Origin: Antedon mediterranea
Taxonomy: Eukaryota; Animalia; Echinodermata
Length of the DNA: 64,000 nucleotides
Direction of reading: 5' to 3'
Assembly (NCBI RefSeq): GCF_964355755.1
Contig: NC_092675.1
Coordinates: 1,111,812 to 1,175,811 of the forward strand
Shown: in pieces, positions 57,201-64,000 of the stretch
Position numbering within the stretch: position 1 is the first letter of the stretch
Layout of the letters: each line of letters starts with the position of its first letter
The notes under the pieces: model-generated
The model's database searches: none
Told to the model about the DNA's origin: nothing
Seen by the model: the letters and a program-made list of their open reading frames with translations, nothing else
Translations under genes and position numbers: made by a program

Positions 57201-60200
57201 CTTGAATAGTTCAGTCAGTTCATCGTGTTTACCGCTTGCTTAAGGCTATGCTTGTAATGAGTATTTAAGGAGGTGCTAAACACTGCCGTTATGTAACCCA
57301 ATTAGCAAAGAGTACAATGTTTACTGCCCGCGGTCAATTTTGGTGTTAGTACACATGCGTATTAGGACGTCACAATACTCTTGCTAGGCGATGTGCGTTA
57401 AAGCGTGAAAGGTGTACTATATACTGTTTGTAGACCTACTGAACTTGTATTCCGACCTTGTTTATTAATTTTTATTAAAAAGCAGCGCTATATATATACA
57501 TATATTCTACTGGATATCGCTTATTAATAAATTAATAATACGAGTTTTATACGGCACCAATAAAGGAATTATATTTATATGGTTTACTGTGTACTAAATG
57601 TTGGTAATTTCTCCAGACAACTTATCATGAATCATTATGAATTAATGGGTTTAATAAGGACCAGTGGTGGTGCCAGCGGGGGGGCTACGGGGGCTGTATC
57701 CCCTCGTCGTCTCCCCCCCTTCCCCTCTTCCCCTCTTCCCCTCTTCCCCGTCTGGGAAACGCGAGTACTTTTCGTCGAGGAATATAATATGCAGTAAAAA
57801 TCATTCGCGTTCACTTCGTATAACTTCAGCGCCTAGAAAAACTGCGACGTTCCATTTTTTTTAGTATTGTACGTTGGTGGAGCGGAGAGCTATTGCACTT
57901 TGCATGCATTATTGCCAGCGATCTAATAAACAATGAATAGGTACGCACTTGTCTGGCGGTTCCCCTTTGTACGAATTGTTTAACATTGGACCTGCTCCAT
58001 TGCGGTTTACGTGTGATATCATGTTCCATCCAGGGACCAGAATGTGTACTGTACTAGTTACTTTCCAGGCGAAGTTTACAGCCGCGTCAGTCGTGATCGA
58101 CGTACGCAATACAGCAAAAGGGTACGAATAATGTTGGCGATCTATTGTTCGTATGTCCGATTTTTTAATTTTACGATTAACCGCTATGTACCGAACTGTA
58201 CATAATCCTTTTAAACAATGGCTTATAATTACAAAAGAGCATAGACTATATTTGTAATTGAATTAAAACAACCAACACATATCATTTGTAGTTGTTGTTA
58301 CGGGTTGATACTAAACGAATATTCTCGTAGTACCGTACCATTTTATACCATATTATATAATAACGACCAACCGAAAACTAAAACTAATTGATTAATTTCT
58401 TCTTTAATAAAATATTACTACTATTTGTTTTCTAACGTTATTACAATTATTAATATATTAATATAGACCTACATAAAAAAAAACCTATTATTATTATTGA
58501 TATTGTTTATTGTTACTATAGGCGCGCCTATGCCTGAACCTATTAGGCCTACCGGTTACGGTATGCACTAAATATGTCCATCATTATGGGATTAAATATT
58601 ATCCTTATTTAGGCTATTTATTAAATAATAATATATTACGAACTACTAGGCCTATGTGTAGCCACAAATCGTTAAACGATATATAATTTAAGTCCTACAA
58701 TTTCACTGAACTCTAAGTATGTGATCGTAAAAATCATATATTTTATGATATTAATATCATAAATAATTTAATTATACAATATCAGACTAAAATAGAAGAA
58801 TTTTAGTTTTGCTAAACAGTCATAATATAGACTGAAACATAAATTAAATGTCATATACAGTAATAAAAATAAGAAATTGTGTCGTTGGAATTCTAATATA
58901 CGTATATTTTTTAATATTCATGAGAACAAATTATATAATTTTTTTCATGCGCGCATTTGCGCGCACTAAAATGTGATTTTAAAATAAGTTGGAGTCTTTA
59001 ATATGCTACAAAATGCACTAGGGTTCGTAAATTAAAAAGTTGCTTAAACGGTAAAATTTCGATTTACCAAATGATACGTCTATGGCTTGATAAAAAATAT
59101 GATTAATTTGTTAGCTGGTATAAAAACTGCGATATCTCCGTGAAAATTTACTCGATTTTTAAACGGTTTTTTCGAGAAAAAAGCTCAAAGAACAATGAAC
59201 AACTGCACAAAGGTCATGCTTCACTATGATGTATTAGAAACTACTGCGCAGCCTCTGTTTACTTTTTTTGTCACCGATGTCATGCCTGGCTTCTTCCTTA
59301 ATTAGGGTGTTACGTAATCAGAGCCAACTCTGCAGCGAGCTGCACGGGTAAACAGGATGTTCTTCAAAGGATCGTTATGGGAAGTTTATTACCCTATGCT
59401 TAAGCACTACCGCACAGCGTGATACTAATTGGATTAACTGGATAGCTAGGCCGTGTTGTGCCTCCTCTTATTCTTTACTCCATGGTTATTGCAACAATTT
59501 GGTGTTTGCAAATAGATAAAAGAAAAAAGTAACAATATTTGGAGACAACATACTTTTTATAAATTCCTTTTTTTATGAAATTATGGAATTAAAGTACATC
59601 TCTGTCCTCGCTTTCATTTTCCCATGCTCAATTTTGCCAGTGTTTAAAGGCATACTCCATTGAGTTTTTAGTTATCCTTTAAATAAATATAATCTCTTTT
59701 TATAATATCCCAATGTGTGTGTTTGATTATTGGATATTTATGTTTTTGTATTGTGTTCTATGTGTCAACATTATACTTATAATTTTCATTTAATTTTCAC
59801 TAACTTTACTAATAGTTTAATAACAAATGATAAACACCTTATATTCACAAAACAACTGATATTCTACACTATAAATAATGTTTAAATAACATTATTTACA
59901 AATTCCTCTATCAATTTTCACCAATTTACTTTTACACCAATCACATTTCAAACAATGTTTTCATCTATCCATGCTATTGTTGGCTTTCATGTAAAACCAC
60001 AAGATCCAGTGTAAGTGTGTATTAAAAGCATTTAACGGTAAATTATAGGCCAACTTCTTCACTGTTCAAGCAACGTTATTCAGAATTTGTACTTTTATTT
60101 TAATAGTATATTATATTTATTCGAGTTGAGTGGCCAAGCGGTTGACATATATAGCGATAAAATTGGCACATGTCCGAGGCTCTGCTCGACCATAGTTGGT

Positions 60201-62055
60201 AGTCTTATCCTAAAAAACCTAATGCTGGAGGTTCAGTGTAAATTGGCTAATGTGCATTTTTTAAGAACGCAGTTCATCTTTCAGAATAGTAAAGCGTTGC
60301 ATCAGTTATCTGGTCCATCTAAGCAGAAAAATGAGTGACCTTTGGTGGCAGCTATACGATATAAAGAAACCCCTGTATACAGAGTTGTTCTCCACAATGC
60401 AATTCAGCACAGTAGGCTGTGAATCACAAGTTATTTTCCTACATTAAATGTAAATTATTACATGTTCTGCACATAGTGTAGAAAAGTCTCAATTCATTTT
60501 TCTAAAAGATAATTTATTTTTACATAAAATTACTAAAAATGAAAGAGATGGGCTTTCATTATGCTCTATATTTATCATTATCATCATCAATTAAAATGGT
60601 TTGAATAATATTTGTATGAATGCTTTAACTACCATAATATCACTGTTATTCCCAAAGTGTGTTGTAGTCTATAATATAAGGTATTGCTTTTTAGTGTTTA
60701 TGAAATGTTTCACTTGGCAACATTCAAATGTCACTTGAGCATTGGCTGTACTCAATAAATCAAATTCAATTCACATACTAATGCATGTTTGATATGATGT
60801 ATGAGAGTGAACCCCGCCAAACCATACTAGTTTGCTTAAACTTGCATAATAATGTCTAACAGATGTCATGTATGTGCCAAATGTCATCTTATATTTGATA
60901 AAAGGAGAAATTTAACATTTAAAACATTAAAACTTACCTCCCATGGATTGTATTTTGAATTTAATCTTAATATTTTTTTTGTGTATACAAAAATGTTTCT
61001 TGTAGTATTTGAACCTGCAATCTCTCATTTATAGTGTTTTTCTGGTCCTTCAGTAAATTTGAATTAACTTGAGGTATAAATACATATTACCGGTACTTTA
61101 AACATGTCTTTCCCTGGAGACCTCATCAGGAATGATGTCACCAGATAGTTTGTGTGACCTCATCAGGAATGATGTCACCAGATAGTTTGTGTGACCTCAT
61201 CAGGAATGATGTCACCAGATAGTTTGTGTGACCTCATCAGGAATGATGTCACCAGATAGTTTGTGTGACGTCATCAGGAATGATGTCACCAGATAGTTTG
61301 TGTGACCTCATCAGGAATGATGTCACCAGATAGTTCGTGTGACGTCATCAGGAATGATGTCACCAGATAGTTTGTGTGACCTCATCAGGAATGATGTCAC
61401 CAGATAGTTTGTGTGACCTCATCAGGAATGATGTCACCAGATAGTTTGTGTGACCTCATCAGGAATGATGTCACCAGATAGTTTATGTGACCTCATCAGG
61501 AATGATGTCACCAGATAGTTTGTGTGACCTCATCAGGAATGATGTCACCAGATAGTTTGTGTGACGTCATTGGGGGGGGGGGGGGGTTGTTCTCAGATGA
61601 TAAAACGCAACTGCATCTGTTTTGATGTTGTAGAATCAGAATTCTAAATATAACTGTTTTACTGTTTACTTTTACATATTGTAATTAATTGATTGTAGCT
61701 TAACATGGTCTGAAATAAGTTCCTGAAATACTGTATAGAATAGTGTTTGTCTTGTTTAATTGATACTGATGTATAGATAGTTCTTTTGTGTCATCCCTTG
61801 TGCATGTCTAGTTGATGATAACCAAATAGTATTATGTGCTTAATCACATTGTCTGGTATTATCGTTTTGTGGAAATGCGTTCATTATAACAACTCACCAT
61901 AAATCGCTAATTAAAATGGACATTTCCGTTGAAGCTTCAAGAGTCCTCCACCAGTTGTAAAACCGAAGCCAAAGGTCAGTTCTTCTGATGCGCCAGATCC
62001 GAACTTTGTCATAGCCCAGGCTCTGAACCAAAATCCAGACGCGATGAAGTCGTAG
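39274..62055 (+). CDS. PDZ and LIM domain protein, Zasp/ALP-Enigma (LDB3/PDLIM-like); probably continues beyond the window
   Basis: Exons 39274-39372 ([24 protein letters not shown]), 45869-46020 (PDZ), 46518-46623, 49851-50083 (Gly tract; [20 protein letters not shown]), 51440-51540 (QSRSFKMLQ), 52208-52309 (cassette), 53165-53306, 53857-53942, 54301-54409 (LIM: [19 protein letters not shown]), 56870-57046 (Pro/Gln repeats), 61935-62051 or to stop 62055 (less certain). Confidence 0.9.
41055..41241. mobile_element. hAT-like MITE, family B
   Basis: TIR CAGGCCTTGTCT...AGACAAGGCCTG; inverted homolog of 18237-18431. Confidence 0.7.
41759..42384. mobile_element. Kolobok-like non-autonomous DNA transposon
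   Basis: TTAA on both sides (41755-58, 42385-88). Imperfect TIR AGCCCCATTCCCTAC / rc AGACCCCTTCCCTGC with purine-purine termini. Interior is CpG-rich, unlike the host intron. Confidence 0.75.
44426..44586. repeat. 28-bp minisatellite, ~5.7 copies
   Basis: Unit AAATGGTCAACAGCTATTATTGGTCAAC, with two internal TGGTCAAC sub-repeats. Confidence 0.93.
45448..45591. mobile_element. PIF/Harbinger-like MITE, family A
   Basis: TAA duplication on both sides; TIR RGCTCTGTCTACACTATCAAACT. Confidence 0.88.
47840..48470. mobile_element. PIF/Harbinger-like MITE, family C
   Basis: TTA duplication (47837-39, 48471-73); TIR GGGCGCGTTTATACAACACGCTA / rc GGCTGTGTTTATACAACACCCTA. Confidence 0.8.
50113..50362. 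mobile_element. Degenerate pogo/Tc1-like MITE
   Basis: Starts TACCGTATCCTCGGGTATAATCCCAC, ends GTGGGATTTACAGGATATA; internal GTATAGTCCCA repeats; related fragment near 47005-47130. Confidence 0.4.
51705..51782. mobile_element. Family A MITE, right half only
   Basis: CCAAATATGGTAGTGAT...CATAAAGTTTGATAGTGTAGACAGAGCT-TTA. Another right-end fragment lies at 15298-15326. Confidence 0.75.
51952..52070. mobile_element. PIF/Harbinger-like MITE, family A
   Basis: TAA-AGCTCTGTCTATACTATCAAA...AGTTTGATAGTGTAGACAAGACT-TTA. Confidence 0.8.
54481..54611. mobile_element. PIF/Harbinger-like MITE, family A
   Basis: Perfect TAA duplication; TIR AGCTCTGTCTACACTATCAAAC / GTTTGATAGTGTAGACAGAGCT. Confidence 0.9.
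54629..55030. repeat. 59-bp minisatellite, ~7 copies (last one internally deleted)
   Basis: Unit AATGTA(T/A)GTGTATGGATACGTGCAGTAGCAACAACATGAGCAAACATTCTCTCCCATTT. Confidence 0.95.
56106..56245. mobile_element. PIF/Harbinger-like MITE, family A
   Basis: TAA-AGCTCTGTCTATACTGTCAAA...AGTTTGATAGTGTAGAAAGAGCT. Confidence 0.8.
57172..59484. mobile_element. Non-autonomous P-superfamily-like DNA transposon (2.3 kb)
   Basis: 30-bp TIRs CATGGAGTAAAGAATAAGAGGAG(A/G)CACAAC (29/30 identical). Perfect 7-bp duplication GTTATTG at 57165-71 and 59485-91. CANRG termini with a 7-8 bp TSD are characteristic of P elements. No transposase ORF seen. Confidence 0.85.
60128..60330 (+). mobile_element. Degenerate tRNA-derived SINE
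   Basis: A-box GTGGCCAAGCGG; body resembles 8505-8648. Confidence 0.45.
61118..61570. repeat. 37-bp minisatellite, 12 full copies plus a partial copy, followed by a G run
   Basis: Unit GAC(C/G)TCATCAGGAATGATGTCACCAGATAGTTTGTGT. Confidence 0.96.
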
Positions 62056-64000
62056 GTTTTCACTTTTATTATTCTATTTGTTGCATGAGAAGCTGTTATA
62101 ATTCCAGTATGATTATTTGGGAAACATATTTTGTTTATTCTCAATTATTACAAAGTTGATACAAAGCGAAAATCATTATTATTTTGTGATTTTTGTTATG
62201 ATATTTTCTTTGTTATTTATGTATCAGTGCCACATTTATTTTGATGTTTGTCTTTTGCGAAGTTAGTGAGTGTTGACAGTGATGAATGTGTTTGTTACCT
62301 TTTTAATATGCCTGTGTGTGTTGATATGTGTTATATATTATAACACAATGTAAGGGATCATAATTGTGTGTTGCTTGATGAGAGATACTGTATATCATCT
62401 ACTGTAGTAGTACTGTAGATGGCATATGGCAAACATTAAGAGTGGGTAGAAATAAATAAATATAGTTATATATTAAATAATTTGAATAGCTATGCAAACC
62501 TAGGTTTATTGGAGGTTATAAAAAGATTTCTTGGTGTGCTATATTAAAATAAGGCTGTGTGGAGAGAGAGCCTTAGAATTTATAATAAGTAAGAGTAATG
62601 AAATCTGTGTTGGTTGACTCTGCCCAAACAACATGAGATTAATATTACCAGCCAGTGCCAACCTCAATTGCAAAAAGAACAAAATGTTTAAATATAAGAG
62701 AATTAATAATTTAAAAAAAAAACATTTTACCCAAATTAACAGATTCTCTAAATAAACTAAAGCGCTGTAATTGTAACCTCTAGTTGTAGATAGCATGTTT
62801 TTGATTTTAGCCTCTGCAACTTGATGCATGGAGATTTATTCAGAAGAATAAATTAGAAAAGAAAACATTTAGATATGTAATACATACAACTGTATCTTTT
62901 TAAAGATATAAATTATATAGCTATAAAATAAATAAACTCATTCCCACCCAATTGAAAGCTAGTAGACCAAAATATTGGAATTATTCTAACAATATATTTA
63001 ACCATATTATTATTATAGTGATTTATACAGCGCTTTTCCTAGAGACGAAAGCGCTGTATAAAAATAGGAGTCACATTTAAAATAAAATTAATTAAATCAG
63101 ATGTATGGTAATATCGATCATCAGTTGTATAACGTAAACACAGACATTTTTACCCACACTCAAACTTGCCTATTATTGATAAATATGGTCATAAACAAGG
63201 TATAGATAGAAAATGAAAGTATACTTGCTTATTGGTCAATTAATGTCAAGTGGATAGAGAAAGCATTGGTCAATTAATGTCAAGTGGATAGAGAAAGCAG
63301 AACAAATTAATATTAGAAACCATAATAGATTGAAATGGAAGATCATGTGAACTACAGATAATTATTTTAAAATAATGTACTTGATTCTAAAATAAAATGA
63401 ATGCATGAGCACACAGTTGCTATGGTTTCCCAAGCATTATTAGGATACACTACTCGTGCAAATTAGTTATTTTAGTTTTAACCTTTATTTGTCACTGTTC
63501 AAATTAAAAACGTTTTTTAAATAAAACGCATAAAATTAAACTTTTTCATATTTGGCTCGTGTCCGTTTGAGTATACTTTTAAAGAAGGTTTGGATATTTT
63601 AATCTTTGTAAAATTTTCTTTAAATATTGTTAAAATAATGTTGTAAATACAATATTTCTTATATGTGTTTGTTTTAGTCTATAGGTCGCTACTGAAACAA
63701 TTTGTACTTCTGAAAATTATCTTTTGGATATTATGAAATTTATGAAACTCATTATGTTTTTGAATATTTTGATGATTGATTTATTTCAGTGTTTGTGGAA
63801 TTCAACCAGTGTTCACTGTTCAAAACAAAGTTTCCCATCAAATTCCTTGGGAAAAGGAATCAGGTCCAACATCTCCGCGGTAATGATAAATAAAAAAAAA
63901 CATAGTAGTCCCATTCTCATTTGCATGTTTAAATTTAAGAACCTTTGCTTGTTGTAGTTTTATCATTCATCGTATGTGTGCAAGTGATTTTAGGTATTTT

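Noticed and set aside
57579-58131. Short ORFs inside the P-like element as transposase remnants
   Set aside because: No THAP zinc-finger or DDE/RNase H motif is recognisable in any frame.
61118-61570. CRISPR-like array or tandem hammerhead (CTGATGAG on the minus strand)
   Set aside because: Units are contiguous with no unique spacers, there are no cas genes, and the context is eukaryotic. There is no GAAA after the hairpin, so no hammerhead core.

Overview
AT-rich, intron-containing metazoan genomic DNA, probably an invertebrate deuterostome (inferred from gene content and composition only). Five protein-coding genes were rebuilt exon by exon from GT-AG junctions with consistent phases. (1) ZSWIM8 (-, 18 exons in the window, 3' end runs off the left edge). 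(2) RPS14 (-, complete, 151 aa). (3) A secreted mosaic protein of about 554 aa (-; signal peptide, F-type lectin, kringle, LamG/pentraxin-like, PAN/apple) with a decayed LINE in intron 3. (4) A LIM-less PDZ-ZM protein of about 268 aa (-). (5) Head-to-head with gene 4, its larger paralog, a PDZ-ZM-LIM Zasp/ALP-Enigma gene (+, probably continuing past the window). Introns and spacers hold a non-autonomous P-like element, Kolobok-, Harbinger-, hAT- and pogo-like MITEs, SINE remnants and minisatellites. Most unusual: a 15x77-bp array that multiplies a ZSWIM8 splice donor; an inverted partial duplicate that seems to fix a short PDZ-ZM isoform; a MITE family carrying CArG boxes into the Z-disc gene; a degenerate Penelope-type hammerhead in a ZSWIM8 intron; and two perfect palindromes 2 kb apart. 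Coordinates were read by eye, and no searches were run.
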